Origin: Felis catus
Taxonomy: Eukaryota
NCBI RefSeq assembly: GCF_018350175.1
Contig: NC_058368.1
Coordinates: forward strand, 191,768,001-191,832,000
DNA: 64,000 nt
Reading direction: 5' to 3'
The position numbers and the translations under genes are program-made. Position 1 is the first letter of the stretch. Every line of letters starts with the position of its first letter. Shown here piece after piece: positions 10,102 to 23,901 of this stretch. The notes beneath the pieces are model-generated. The model was not told where the DNA came from. It made no database searches and was given only the letters and a program-made list of their open reading frames with translations.

Positions 10102-11711
10102 ATGCGCATTAATCCCTCTGATCATTACAGAAACGCCCAAGTCAAGCTTTTGGCCACAAGATGGAAGAAAAAAATCCATGGCCGCTGGTGGTGTTTCCAC
10201 AATACAATACATCTGTATAGGATGGGAGAGGAAGGATCAGAACCTCAGAAAAAGGAAAGGCTCATAGAAATGAATAGCCAGGACCCTCTACCTACACAAG
10301 TACATAAATCAAGCAATGAAACAAAAATGATGTATTGAGAATATGGGCAGGATTCCCAGAATAAATAATTCTTTCTGTTCCCATAATAATGTGATGGTGG
10401 ATATGCCTGGATAGGAATGACCTATGTGATGAGACAAAGAAAAGAATAAATGTAACTTAGCCAACCCTCTAAGAAAACCATTGGCCACGTTAGTGAAAAA
10501 AAGACGGATAATTAGAAACAATGCGCATATATCTTTATACACACCTGCTGTATTTTTCAAGAACGTGGGTCTAAAATTGGCTATAATTTTATTTGTTGGG
10601 CCTCCTAAACTTTGAAACTTAATACTTTTTAGCTCTACAAAAGCAGAGTGGTGTCCAACTAAGACCAAGGTTGAAGAAAGCCAAGAGCTCTCAGCTCTAG
10701 TCTCAGCTCTGCTCGTTTTTACCATGTGGTCTTGGGAACCTCTTTCATCTTGAAGGTATCCCCAAGTTTGGCCCCAGTGTAATGATCTCAACTTCCTTGG
10801 TATTCCATGGTATTTCCGCTTCCGTATTATTTCAGCTCTGTTGAAATGCCGTCTTTAGGAATCAATTAATACCTGGAGTGTTTGCTACACTAAGAAGCAC
10901 TCCACTATTTCAAACCTCTGCTATTTTCCACAATCATTTCAAAGGTATTACTAGTGTTACTCCCCAAATGGAAGCCCCTTGAGATCAGGACACAAGCTGT
11001 TATGTGGCACACAAGTTGGGCTAGAGACTAATTTTTTTTTTTTCACTTGAGTCATGCATGCTCTACCCCTGACCATGAGAACATCTTGTTGGAAGAGAAT
11101 TTCTCTGGAGGCCTATTTTAGAAAATTACAAATAAAGTAGTGAAGCAATTAAATCCAAACTGCTCACCCATAGGATGTGGGAGAGGATCTCTCATTTCAT
11201 CCAGAAATCTTGATTGTGGGATGATTTTTTGTTTTGGTGTGTCTGCAAAGTAAAAAATCCTCAAGCATTCATCACCCAGCAATTATATATAAATGTTGCA
11301 ATTAAATTTTCTATTTTCCCAAGCTGATAAGTGTCAGGAGAAAAAAACCACATTAAATCCACTTAGGCAAGGCAGGTTTAAAAAAAAAAAAAACACTTTA
11401 ATGGACCAAAATTATGTCAACAACTCTCAGTTCCTGTTTGCAAGTAGAGACATCACGATCATTCCACTGGTTTTCTGATCGTTCAATGTATTGGGTTCCC
11501 TCACCTGTGCTAGACTCCAGGTCAGGTCCTTCTGCCTCGTGAGTAAACCTCAGTTAGATCAAAGCAGTCCACCTGCACTGAGGATCCAGAAGTTAGAGGC
11601 CTCCAACATCCTTGGCAAGTGACCAATGAAGACATGATACTCGCTCTCTGTTGCTGAAAATGGAATGAAGAAATTTTAGGGCTTCACAAATTCCTTTCAA
11701 GAGAAACACCT

Positions 11712-11943
11712 GGGGGCGCCTGGGTGGCTCAGCCGCTTAAGCGTCCGACTTCGGCTCAGGTCATGATCTCACGGTCCGTGAGTTCAAGCCCCGCGTCGGG
11801 CTCTGTGCTGACAGCTCAGAGCCTGGAGCCTGCTTCAGATTCTGTGTCTCCCTCTCTCTCTGTCCCTCCACTGCTCATGCTCTGTCTCTCTCTGTCTCAA
11901 AAATAAATAAACATTAAAAAAAAATTAAAAAAAAAAAAAAAAG
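11712..11943 (+). mobile_element. SINEC_Fc-like
   Basis: TSD AGAGAAACACC at 11700-11710 and 11944-11954. Long A tail. Confidence 0.97.
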
Positions 11944-12497
11944 AGAGAAACACCCGGATCCACGCCTGGCCACTGACACTTCAGCACTCATCTGCAAATG
12001 AGAGCTGAACGAGCATACAATTTCCTAACCTGATTAGGTTTTATATTTGGTAGTTTTGCAAAGGGAAGGAAAACAGAGGCAGGAAATATAGAAACTGATA
12101 ATCCAATGACACTTGTTTGTGTCATTTGTTTATGTGCAACGTAAATGAGACTTGCCATTATTTTGTCAAAGGGGTATAGACGTGTTTTCGTGAGTTTACT
12201 CAATAAAAAAATATTTTTTTTTCTAGAATATCTTAGCTCTTGTGCATGAGCCCATTCACATAAAAAAATAAAGCTTGACATTCTCAGAGAAAATATTGAC
12301 ATATTTAGAGTGTTAGTAATGAAAATAATATTTATGGAGGAAGTACCACAAAGAACTTTACATTGAATTTTGCAATTAATCCTAACAATCAGTTGAAATA
12401 ACTAATATTACCCTCCATTTTACAGAGGAGAAAATTGAGGCACAGACAGATGAAGCATCTCAGCCACAAGGACATAATTACTAAGTAGTGAAATTGA

Positions 12498-12730
12498 GGG
12501 GCACCTGGGTGGCTCAGTTGGTTAAGCGTCCAACTATTGATTTTGGCTCAGGTCATGATCTCACAGTCATGAGATCAAACCCCACATCAGGCTCTACACT
12601 GAGCATAGAGCCTGCTTGGGATTCTCCTTCTCTCTCTCTGTTGCCCTCTGCCCCTTTCCCCTGCTCTCTTTCTCTAAACTAACTAACTAACTAACTAACT
12701 AAATAAATAAATAAATAAAATTTTTAAAAA
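12498..12730 (+). mobile_element. Can-SINE inserted in a minus-strand MIR; tail contains (TAAC)n(TAAA)n
   Basis: SINE head GGGGCACCTGGGTGGCTCAG. MIR motif ccattttacagaggagaaaattgaggcacaga upstream, continuing after 12730. Confidence 0.92.
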
Positions 12731-13049
12731 AGTAGGAGTACTGGGATATGAACTCAGGAAACCTAAGTTCAGAGAATGTAAACATTCCATATATATGTAT
12801 GTATTTTTTTATTTCATTTTTACTGCATCAACTGGTGCCCCAATGGCCTACTTTCATGAGACAATTGTGTTCCTAAAGTAGCAACCACTTTAAAATCACA
12901 AATCAGCATCATCCAGTATGTCTTCCAGGGGACACAACTGTTCTGTCAGATAGCACTCATTAGCAGAGCAATTAGGTCCAATACGTTTTGGAAACTTGGA
13001 CATGGTTCAAACAGGCTGTTCTACTGCAGGACCCCTCAGAGCCTTTAAC

Positions 13050-13620
13050 GCATCAGTGTGCACTGCGTTTAAAATAAAATGCAAACTCCTCAGCATTGCC
13101 TACCAGACCCATCAAGATCTGGTTTCTACAGACCTTCCCAAAGCTGAGCCACTGAACTCATCATCTCCACCCCACTCTGTGCCAACCACGCTCCTCCACC
13201 TCTGCTTCTCCCACCAGCCAATCTCTCTGCTGCCTCAGCATCTTTCTTTGCGCTTGCTGCCCCCCGCCCCCCATACTCTCCCAGCTTCTTACAGAGTTCT
13301 TTCTTCTTCTCACCACTCAGGTATCAGCTGCAATACGGGCTCTTTCAGAAAGCCTTTCCCACAGCCCCGTTTGAAACCCAGATGGCCCATCCCTGTTGTC
13401 TTCATCCTATTACCTCTTTTGTTTTCTTCACATACCTTGTTCATTTATCTACTTACTTGATTATCAGCCCTTTTCTAAATAAAAGGTCCTGGAGATATGA
13501 GGACACAAGGCCCAGAAGGACAAGGACGCTATTTTATTCAGTGCTGGATCCTCACTAGTTAGCACAATCCCTGACACATACGGATGCCCAGTAAATGTTT
13601 GTCAAATGAGTGAATGAATA
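13050..13620 (+). mobile_element. L2 3' region
   Basis: aaataaaatgcaaactcctcagcattgcc...agcacaatccctgacacata...taaatgtttgtcaaatgagtgaatgaa. Confidence 0.8.
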
Positions 13621-14070
13621 TCCAAGAAGTGGACCCAATTCATTCCATTTCCTGAACAAATCCGACACCTCACCTTTTTAATATCTATTATATCTCACAG
13701 AGGGCTTGTGCACCACTGAACGCAGTTTGTGAAAAGCAAAACTAAGCCAAATAAAGTCTCACTATTATTTAAAATAAAGGAATATTTAAATTACCTATCT
13801 CTGACCTACCTTAAAATAGCTGTGCTTAAAATTAATATTATGGGGGTATTTCTAATGAAATGTTTAAATGCATCTAATTAGTATAATTATGTTCCATTAG
13901 ATTAATTTAAATATGTCTAGCACTTTTTATGGTTTAAAGAATACAGGATTTTCCGTCCTCAAAAATACACCTCAGCCAAGTGATAGAAGCTCTTGAAGTG
14001 ATGCAGATTTTAGATATAAATAGACTTACTGAAATTCCTGAATTCTCCAAGAATGATATACTAAAATGCA

Positions 14071-14512
14071 TACTATGGGTTGAATAATTGTGTCCCCACC
14101 CAAAAAGATGATAAAGTCCTAACCCCTAATACTCATGAAAGTGATCTTTTTTGGAACTAGAATCTTTGCAGACAATCGAGTTAAGATGAGATTATTAGGG
14201 TGAACCCTGATCCAGTAAGACTGTGTCCTTATAAAAAGGGAGAATTTGGATACAAAGACAGACATGTACAGGCAGAAGATGATGTAAAGACACAGGGAGA
14301 AGATCATCTACAATTCAAGGAATACCTGAGGCTACCAGAAGCCAGGAAGGAAGCCTGGAACAGATCTTCCCGTATATCCCTTAGAAGGAAACAGCCCTGC
14401 CAAAACCTTAACCTTGAATTTCTAGCCTCCAGAAACATGAGATGATAAATTTATGTTGTTGAAGCCACCCAGTTGGTGGGTCTTTGTTACGGCAATCCTA
14501 GGCAACTAACAC
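14071..14512 (+). mobile_element. MLT1B/C MaLR solo LTR
   Basis: TACTATGGGTTGAAT start, ccttataaaa box, ctagcctccagaa...gaagccacccagtt...aactaacaca end. Confidence 0.88.
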
Positions 14513-14529
14513 AATAAATTAGAACTAAT

Positions 14530-14935
14530 TATAATAGATTAAGAGATTAATTAGAAAAATACCTGTTCAGGAAAAGGAGGATGGTATAGAAGGTGGCTGG
14601 GAGAGCCATCAGAGCGCCATGCAGTTCTATCCCTTATGAACCAGAGAAGGATGGAAAAAAGGAAGGAAGGTATGTTGGCTGAATAGAAGAGCTTTGGACT
14701 GCATTTCAATTCCGAGAAAGTTACACAAAGCTGATGTGGAGTCCTTGAACAAAAGTTGCCCATCAGATAAGTCCCATGTCTCCCAGAAATGGGTATGCCT
14801 TACCGTCTTTACCGTGCCCAGTCATTAGCTGGGAGCAGTCCATGGGAAGCATGGCTTTAGCAACAGTGCAGCAATAAATTTTAAGGCATGGCAGCTGGGA
14901 CAGTCAGAGATCTGAGTGACACCACTGCCTCCACA
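14530..14935 (-). mobile_element. LTR16-like ERVL LTR
   Basis: aaagttgcccatcag...cagtcattagctgggagcagtccatgggaagcatggc...ggcagctggg resembles the reverse LTR16A/C consensus. Confidence 0.7.
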
Positions 14936-15019
14936 CTCTAGCTTTGCTGTTATCATGGAGGTCTTGCTAGAAGTTAAGCTGGAGAGATTTGGGAATCCTC
15001 CTATGAAAGTAACCAGTTA

Positions 15020-15250
15020 CATAGTGGTTAAGAGTTTGCCATTCCAATTAGAAGACCAGATCTTCTTGTTAGTTCTGCACTGTTACTTACCAGCTCTGTG
15101 GTCTCAGGCAGCTAATGATCTCTGAACCTCAGTTTCCTCTTCTGTAAAATGAGGAATAATAATATCTAACTCAAAGGTCATTGTGAGTTTTAAATCAGAT
15201 AAGGTAAGTGCTCATCATAGTTTCTGGCACCCTATTACCAACAAATAACA
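15020..15250 (+). mobile_element. MIR
   Basis: ctctgaacctcagtttcctcttctgtaaaatgaggaataataata core. Confidence 0.85.
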
Positions 15251-16220
15251 TGCAATGCATGGTTTTCAACTGTTATTATCATAAATATATTATCAATGTA
15301 GAAAACATTTTTGAGGTTTAGTTTGTGTATTTGTTTTGCCTGTCCCACACTGCTTAGCTTTAAAAAAAATAATGGAATTAGTCTTTCCTGTGGAGAACCC
15401 AAGTATTGATCAGTCCCTCACCACTTTCCCACATCTGGGATAATTGCAAATCCTACAGAAAACCAATTAATGGGTTTCATTCCCTTGCCACCAGACAGCA
15501 TGCTAATGTGTCCCTAAATGGGTCCAGTTGTGGTCATTCCCTTTACCTACATTCCCAGGGAAGAGACTATTTTTACAAGGATTGAAAACTGTGGGATATG
15601 AAGTCCTAAATGTCTCTGCATGAGCTGAGTTCTTCTTGGCCCCACTACATCTATTTGTGGCATCCTCTCCCTTTTTCATTATCCTTTAGCCATATAGGCT
15701 TTCTTTCAGCTCCTGAGATGCCATAATACTATCCCAATCAACTCCTTTGTCCAGAATGCTCTCTCCTCTTCCCCTTGCCACTTCTGCACTTGATCATCTC
15801 ATCCTCCAAAATTTGGCTTAGACATTCTTTCTTAGAGAGGACCTATATTTTCCCTGAGGTGTCTAAAGCATCACCAAGTCAACATGGCCAAACTCTAATC
15901 CATGCTCATCTCCCAAACCTGGCCCCCTAGCTCTGCAACATTATCTAAGCTAAAATCACCATGCTTGACCTGAGAGTGATGATCATGCCTACCCTGTAGA
16001 TGTAATGATTTGAGAGCAGAAGATGCAAAATCCTGGCTCCAGCTTGTACTAGACTTTCTTAAGTGAGTCAGCAATCTGCTTTTCTTCTTAAGCTAGTCTG
16101 GCCAGGGTTTTTATTTCTATAGCAAAAAGAGTCCAAGCTAATAAACTTATCATTTTCATCATCATTATCTTCATCATCATCATTAATATATTTGTTGTTG
16201 TTGTTAATATATTTGTATTT

Positions 16221-16453
16221 GGTGCTGGGTGGCTTAGTTGGTTAAGCATCCAACTTTTGGTTCAGGGCATGATCTGGCGGTTCTCCAGTTCAAGCTCCGG
16301 GTCAGCTGTGCTGACAGCTCAGAGCCTAGAGCCTGCTTTGGATTCTGTGTCTCCCTCTCTCTGCCCTTCCCCTGCTCATGCTCTGTTTCTCTCTCACTCA
16401 AAAATAAATAAACATTAAAACAATTTTTAGCTAAAAATAATTAAAAAATAAAA
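16221..16453 (+). mobile_element. Can-SINE
   Basis: SINEC body, (CT)n linker, A tail. Flanked by AATATATTTGT on both sides. Confidence 0.92.
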
Positions 16454-16889
16454 ATATATTTGTTATTGCACATATATGGAAAAAGGAGCAAACCCACCTC
16501 TCCAGGAGGTATAAATGTGAATTCATTGACAAACAGTGGGGTAGGCCTGAGGACAATCAGAACTTCATCTAGATAAATGGGTTTAGGAGCTAGAACATCA
16601 GAGGTGAGCTTTCTTGCTCAGGTTTCGACTGCCCTTAACCTTCAGCAACGCTCATTTTTCACATTCACCAAAACCATTTCACTAAACTTTGAGTACTCCA
16701 TTCATCCATCCACCCAGGTGTCACTGGGAGTGATTTAGAAAGATTACAAATCTCTGTGCCTTTCCATTGTCCTTAGAGGATAGACAAAATTGAGCCTGAG
16801 ATCCCAAGGCAGCATGAACTGGGAACACTATGACCACAAGTCTCATTTCTGTTGGGGGGATGAATATGGTGTAGGAAACCCTGGGTGGA

Positions 16890-17320
16890 AAACATGACCT
16901 GGGCTAAGCCTATGAGCACATTCAATTATACCAGCCACAGTGAGTGACACACTGATGGGCATGTAAATTTAGTTTGACCAGTCAGCTTGAGAATCACAGA
17001 ATATTTGCTGGGAAAGCTGAGGCAAAGACTCTCTTTTCTGCTGGGGATAAAAGATTTTGTGTGAAAACTCAGGAACACATGACAACCATCCTGGGACCCC
17101 AAAGTAAATCAGCCATGGGATAAAGTCAAGTCTGGAGAAAGAGGAGCAGAAATGGAGGAAAAAATACATGGCCGTCACATTGTTGTGTTACTAGATCAAG
17201 CCTCACCTGGAGCCAGATACTTCTGGACTTTTTGGTTACTGGAATCAATAAATTTCCTTTAGAGTTTAAGCCTGTATCATAGGGTTTTCTATAACTTGCA
17301 ACTAAGGCATCCTAATAGAT
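16890..17320 (+). mobile_element. Old MLT1 (K-type) MaLR LTR
   Basis: ctagatcaagcctcacctggagcc...ctggactttttggttactggaatcaataaatttcc...acttgcaactaaggcatcctaata. Confidence 0.7.
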
Positions 17321-19479
17321 TTATTTTTATATACATATTTATTTCTGTGAGAAGAGTTAAAATTTCTCATATTCTCATGTTACCTGTGACCCCAAAGAAA
17401 TATTTTAAAACTCTGCACCAAAGAATTTCCAGGATTTCTTGAAACATTAGCATTCTGTAATCTTCCAATTGATTTTGTTTTAAATTCCAAGCTTAGCTGA
17501 TAATGCATAAAGCTAGGCAATGTAAAAATATGTTTTCAAATAAAATTGGACTTTCCATTATAAAAAGAAACATTCTGGTTAGGAAAATATTTGAAAATAT
17601 AAGAAAGAATAAAATAACAGAGAGACAGCCACTGTTGATATTTGGGGGATTATTTTTCTATGCATTTTTTATACATAATTTTATGGAAGTTTCCATGTGG
17701 TTCAGCTGATACCATATATACACATTTTTTTGGCCTTTTATCACTTGACACTGTGACATAAATATTTCTCCAGATTATTAGGGACCTTTGGTAAACACCC
17801 TTTTTAATGGCTGCATAACTTTCTACGGATCACTACAGTTTCCCTGATGTTAGACAGAATGAGATTGTTGTTTTTGTGATCTTATTTCCCTTTTCTGAAA
17901 ACGAACTCTTGCCTAAACGTAAAGGAAGGAGCAACAGTGGTGACAGTGTGTGGCAGCCAAGCTATGGGGAAATAGGAAAGGAGGCACGATCACACCAGCA
18001 TTCTCCAAGTAGTCCTTTCTTCTTCTCTGAGTATCATCATCATCTTTCTCTTGCTGCAGGGTATCTTTCTCTGGTTCTGAGGCCACACTGAAGTTTTAGC
18101 CATCAGTGGTTTTCAAGGTCTGTGCCCAATCACCTGGAGAAACTGTCTCTAGATAAATCATGACTTTGATGAGCGTGAGTCAGGTGCTCACCTTCAGTTC
18201 ATTCAACTCTGCCAGGGTGGAGGGTAAGGGGTACAGTGTCACATTGTATAAAATGTCTGTTGGGAATCCACCACCATGGATTTGGACCTCACCCATACGG
18301 ATCAGAAGAATAAGCAGAACCCAGTGGGGAAGAAAGAAAAACCAAAACAAAAAACATAAACCAGGGCTCATTAACTCATACTCTTAGAAAACACCCCCCC
18401 CCAACTATTCACCATAACAGATTATAAATATAACACCACCCTCCCTATACTCCTGATCCTTAACTTCTCCATTGTTCTTTGCTCTAAACCTTAACCTTTA
18501 TAGAAGATTTCCCCAACAACTGAGAGTTTTCCTGCTAAGTCTCATGCAGTGCTTGGATGAGAAGTTACACTTTTCATATCCGTGGCTCTTCTTAATCATT
18601 TTATGCCCAATTTCTTCAAGGCCAGACTTAGCTGAGACTCCATGGGCTTCCTCATTGTTTATAATACAAAACACTTCCCTCCTGGATCTTTTCTGACAAA
18701 CAGCTAAAAAGTCAGCTTATTCTGGTTACTGGATTCATTAGGCTTTGATGTCTCCTGCCTGCCCCAGCTACCCTACAGGTCTGGGGACGGGGAGGTGAAG
18801 GCGGAGCAGGCAGCTCAGGTAAGAGAAAAGGAGCAAGGATTTAAGTTACTCCTCTGGGCTCCACTGTGTGCCTTGTAAACATTCACTGAGAACTCTCTGA
18901 AGTTTACACTCTTTTGAAGGGCACAGTTAATAAATGCGTATCTCTAAGGAGACATAAAAGGGCTGATGTATCCTGTTGCTTGCTGATACAATCAGTCAGT
19001 AGCTACACACATCTCACATGTGTTAACTGTTCATAGTCTGAGGGGCAATGATTGAAGAACTTTTCTTCCTTTAACAGTTGTTCCCCTTCTTTCTATCCCC
19101 CCCCCAATAAACCAGGACCTGTACCAGGTGGCATAAGTTGACAGAAACAGAAATGTGACATAACCCAGATCCTAAAGAAGTTTGCAGTGAGCAAAAGGCT
19201 ACAATAAGGTACGAAGTGTGATCTGAATGTGGACAAAAGAAGTGGTAATTCTGACTGTGAGATCAGAGAGAATCATGGAGAAAGTGAAATTTACTCAAAG
19301 TCTGTTAAAAGTGAATATGATCTAGACAAGGGGAAAAGGGAGTGGGGTGATATTCCCATAATAACACACATAAAAATGAAAGAGTATAAAATAAATAGGG
19401 CTATTCAGAGACCACTGCATATTCGAGAAGATTCCAGCAGAAGGTGCAAATGGTCCATTTAAAGGGAAAGCTGGAAAGG

Positions 19480-19700
19480 CAGATTAGGGTCAGGCACTGG
19501 CAGACCCTTAAAGTTGGGCTAAGGCATTTGAGCTTCATCTTGTAGGCAGTGGTAAAGCCATAGGAGATTTTCCAGCCTTATTCTTACTGAAACATAACTC
19601 TGGAGGTAGTTAAAAGGAAGGACTGAGTGAGGGAGGAAAGACTGGAGGTCAAGAGAACAGTTGGGAGGTTGCGCTATGTTTAGGCAAGAATGCCTACGAC
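19480..19700 (-). mobile_element. L2 fragment
   Basis: gtaggcagtggtaaagccataggagattt...agactggaggtcaagagaacagttgggagg. Confidence 0.6.
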
Positions 19701-20129
19701 CAGAGTTTTGGCAGCAACAAAAGAAAGAAAACTGCCGCCAAAGCTTTGCACCCACAACACGCACTTGAAATAGTTCCCTTGTTCAAGTCCTAGGAAGGAG
19801 GGATTCATGTAGGCTGGATGTGTCTGAGAAAGAAGAGACAGAACATAAGGAAAACTAAAGGTAAAATTCATTAAAACTGTATGAGGCAGCACTCTGCTAA
19901 GGATTTCTACACATCTGTAATTCAGGTGAACATGAAAGACATAAAATCTGAACAATGCAAAGGTAAGAGAGGAAGGAGGGGGCAAGATAAACTGCACATA
20001 GTCAAGATAATATTAGATTCAAACTTCACTCTGAGTATATGGTTAGCAACTGCAAAGAAAAAAATGGCCAAAAAAAAAAAAAAAAAAGCCCCGCACAACT
20101 CTTTTTCTTGCACATACAACATGTGTTAG

Positions 20130-20340
20130 CTTCTATGCTAAAGGCTTTACATGTGTAATCTTATTTAACCCTTCAAAGAATTCTACGAGATTTTTATTCC
20201 TCTTTTTCAAATAAGAACACTGAAATGCAGAGAAGTAAGGGCCAGGTCCAAGATCACACAGCTAGTAACAGAGTGGAATTTGAACACAATCTGGCTGGAC
20301 TATAGCTCAATCATGTAACCTCTATACCACACTATCTCTG
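20130..20340 (-). mobile_element. MIR
   Basis: ctttacatgtgtaatcttatttaaccc...ccaagatcacacagctagtaac. Confidence 0.75.
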
Positions 20341-20411
20341 AGGGACTCCAAGCCCCTACAGCATACTTTAGAGCTGAGTTCAGGCTTGGACTTAGAAGAA
20401 CAACAACTTAG

Positions 20412-20622
20412 AGGCGCCTGGGTGGCTTAGTCGGTTGAGCGTCTGACTTTGGCTCAGGTCATGATCTCGTGGTTCGTGAGTTCAAGCCCCACATCGGGCT
20501 CTGTGCTGATAGCTCAGAGCCTGGATCCTGCTTTGAATTGTGTCTCCCTCTCTCTCTCTCTTTCTCCCTCTTTCTCTCTCAAAAATAAATAAACATTAAA
20601 AAAATTTAAAAAAAAAAAAAAA
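20412..20622 (+). mobile_element. Can-SINE
   Basis: SINEC body. Degenerate TSD AAGAACAACAACTTAG / AAGAAGAAGAACTTAG. Confidence 0.94.
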
Positions 20623-20846
20623 GAAGAAGAACTTAGCCCTGGATAGGCTGTTAAATCTGGGGGTTGGTAGCTGGAGCCCAAATCCCCCTGAAGGCACAGG
20701 TCTAATCTAGTGCCAGGCTGCAGGAGGGAAGGAGAAAGGGAGAGTGGAAGGTGGCCAAAAGCAAGAGAAATGAGGCGCAGAATGAGTAGGTTACAACCAC
20801 AGGGATACACACATAGCAGAAGAGTAGAAAATTACTATTTGTGGGG

Positions 20847-20871
20847 TGGATGGATGGATGGATGGATGGAT
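20847..20871 (+). repeat. (GGAT)n microsatellite
   Basis: Read directly, about 6 units. Confidence 0.9.
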
Positions 20872-21369
20872 ATGTTTATATATTTACTGGTTTGAAGGCC
20901 TCTCATATTGCTGGCAAATTGTCTTCCCACTTGTGTTACTTTCAAACTATTCTTCTCTTTACAGTATTACTTATGAAAAGTTGAAAAAAGACGTGGGGAA
21001 CAGACTCCCATAATTACTAGAACAAAGCATTGTAGAGATTCAGAAAAAGAGAGTACCTTGCAGCCAGCCCCTGAATGCCTGGATTCTAGGTGTAGCTAAT
21101 CTAAAATCTCCTAGTTAGCTGTTGCACTAACCATTCTATCATTAAAGGGCTGCTATGGAAAAAATCAGTCTCGCAGCCTTCCAGAACGACATGTCCAGGG
21201 AAAACAGTAGTAGCCAAATATTTACATGGCTCTGTCACAAAGCTATAAATGTCATCGATGAATGCATTTCTGGTGATGCTACGTATTCTGTATGTTCTGC
21301 ACTCTGAGTAAAGCTTTTCTACGTAATACTCCTTTTATTTGTTAGAAGGGAGAGGTAGAAAATAGAGTT

Positions 21370-21560
21370 GTGGCTCTACCACTGACTATATGATCTTGGG
21401 AAGTTGACCACCTCTCCACAATTCAGTTTTCTGAAGAAGAACAATAACAGTGCTTATATCTAGGATTATTCTGGAGATAAAGTGAAATGATACATGTTAA
21501 GTACTTACCTTGGTGCCAAGAATATGGTCATATTCCATAAATGTTAACTGCTTTATAATT
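21370..21560 (+). mobile_element. MIR
   Basis: ggctctaccactgacta...gatacatgttaagtacttaccttggtgcc...ataaatgttaactg. Confidence 0.75.
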
Positions 21561-22389
21561 ATTACTGTTATCATTCGTGACCCATTTACAATGGAGAATT
21601 CTCATGACCCATCCTCCAGCAGCAAAAGCAAAGAGGCAACGTGTCCTGTTTCATAATCATTAAGATATTTCTCTTCACAAAAGAAAAGAAAAAAAAGAGG
21701 AACGGTATGTTTTCTTCCATCACTGCTTTATCTGAAATGAAGTTTTTATCAGGTATGTTATACTTGATAAATAAAATATAAAAAATAAAAGAAAATTTAC
21801 CCCTCCACACAGCTATAAATTCAGGTGGGTGCTCTCAGTGTTAGCATGTTGTAGTCCTCGCAAGGTACCAAGTAGAATGGCCATCAGATAAACTGCCAGA
21901 CACAGGTGGCCCAGAGGCAAGAGTGAGGAAGATTGTTCGGAGCAGATTAGAATTCCATCCCTCCAGCGGCCCATGGCTCCCCACCAGACAATACAATTGA
22001 TTCTGGCATTATAATAACACTTCCGACCCTTAGCACAATACCCATGACTCAGGCTTTCTGTAGTTTTTAATGCCTTTTTCTTTTGGCTCAAGGTTATAAT
22101 CCTTAGCTAAAAGAATGATGTCTCATTTCATGGCCAGTTCCTTTTGGATCTCAGAGTTTCTCAGAACTTAAGGCCAAGTAACTGATCTGGCAGAGAGACT
22201 GCTTACAGGCTGGGGATAAGATTCCAAAGTGACAGGGCTAAGATGGTAATAGAGTCAGGATTCTGGACAGGGATTTATGAGACTGTCTAAATGCGGATCA
22301 GGAAGTGAGGGTGTAGGAACAGAGATTCTTGGCAGAGTATGAACTCTAGCATATTCATTCTGGAGAGACTTCTGGGAATTTTGTTATTC

Positions 22390-22880
22390 CAAGTTGGCAA
22401 ACTGGTAGCTTGGAAATCAAAATAAGCCCAAATGAGTTGTGTTTGATGTACATAGTCTAAGATTAATTTGAAGGAGATACGAACATTTAAAAATTGGGAA
22501 ATTACAGATAAAGCTTGTATTTCTCGGCTTGCTATAAAGGATGTGAAGATTCTGATACCCCTGGGTCCAGCAGCAACGATCTGAATATCAGCTGCTCCTT
22601 CAAGGGTTCACGAGAGTCCTCATTCTCTCTGAACTCTGAACACCAGCACCTATGGAGAACTGTCACTTACCATTGAAACCGTGCAATAATATTTCCTGTC
22701 AACATGCTTCTCTCAAAAGTAGAATACAAGATAAACCGAGAAAGCTAATTTTTTCAAAGAAGATGAAAGGGAGCCCATTTATATCTAGATGTGAGGTCAA
22801 TTTCTGTTTATTTAACATCGCAACAGAGTATGTCTTTGTGGAAAGAATACAATTTCAGACAGACAACACTTGGAAATAAA
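22390..22880. mobile_element. Charlie4/MER102-like hAT DNA transposon fragment
   Basis: gttggcaaactgg TIR-like start, aacatttaaaaattggga, tctcaaaagtagaa...agataaaccgaga...ttcaaagaagatg. Confidence 0.65.
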
Positions 22881-23534
22881 CCTAGCCTGCTTTGGTCATG
22901 ATTTACCTATCTGGTCCTTTTTGCCATCTGAATTTGTAGCCCCGGGATAATACAACCCCATGGTTGTACAGGAGGAGAAACTGAGGCACGGAGAAGGCCT
23001 AAGACTCAGGCACACAGACTTTAGAACATCCATGACCGCTCTGGCACAAGGACGTAAACCTGTGAAAAAATGGCTCACAAGGTCAAGTAGCAGGTGCCCA
23101 GGTGAATGGTTTGTGCTGAAGCAGACAGATAGTGGATGAAGCAGGTAGCAGAATTGGGCATAGGAGCAAGAGTTGATTTAAATCCTGAAGGGAGATGCAT
23201 GTTGGACACTTCATGTGGAACACTGCAAAATCCTCTTGTTGGCTACCAGTCCTATGCAGGCTTCAATCAGCTTGTGCAGGTCCTGCGCTGGGACTTGGCA
23301 TTCACACATGCACAACTAGGAGTGTAGGTGAACTGATAGTCCTTGGAATAGCCCTTGACCAAAGGGGACAGGAGCTGATTGTAAATGTGTTCCCTCTTTG
23401 TTCCCTCCAAGTATACACTTCTAAGACAACTTCATATGGCTTCTGAAAATGCCCTGCAATATCAAGTAACAGTTTCTTGTAATGGTGGCCAATTTGATGA
23501 CATACTGTCTAACTTCTCTGGCTCCTCCCCCCAG

Positions 23535-23901
23535 TGTCTCAGTTATGGCTTCTGTAACAATAACACCGTGGACTGGGTGGCTTCAACAACATTTACTTCT
23601 CGCAGTTCCAGAGGCTGGTAAGTCCAAGAGCAGGGCGCCAGCACATATGGTGTCTAGTGAGGGCCCGCTTCTCAGTCTATAGACAGCTACCTTCTCACTG
23701 TGTCACCACATAGGGAAGAGAGAGTGTGGACAAGCACACAAGCTCTCTAGTGTCTCCCCTTCAAGGGCACCAGCGCCATTCATAAAGGCTCTACCCTCAT
23801 GACCTAATCACCTCCCAAAGTCCTCACCTCCAAACACCATCACATTGGGGAGTAGGCTTCAATGTATGAATTTGGGGAATACAAACATTCAGTACATAGA
23901 A
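23535..23901 (-). mobile_element. MLT1A-type MaLR solo LTR
   Basis: accctcatgacctaatcacctcccaaag...acaaacattcagtacatag. 5-bp TSD CCCAG at 23530-23534 and 23902-23906. Confidence 0.92.

Noticed and set aside
10309..10791. 160-aa minus-strand ORF
   Set aside because: Non-ATG start, no recognisable homology, and no convincing flanking splice sites.
11712..11800. tRNA-like A/B boxes here and in the other SINE heads; recurrent AQSVKRPTSAQV-type ORFs
   Set aside because: These are the tRNA-derived heads of Can-SINEs, not tRNA genes or proteins.
12996..13460. 154-aa Pro/Leu/Ser-rich ORF
   Set aside because: It lies within an L2 remnant and starts at TTG, not ATG.
18186..18290. Minus-strand donor AAG|GTGAGC near 18190
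   Set aside because: The nearest good acceptor gives only a 17-nt exon and the alternatives are ambiguous, so support is insufficient.
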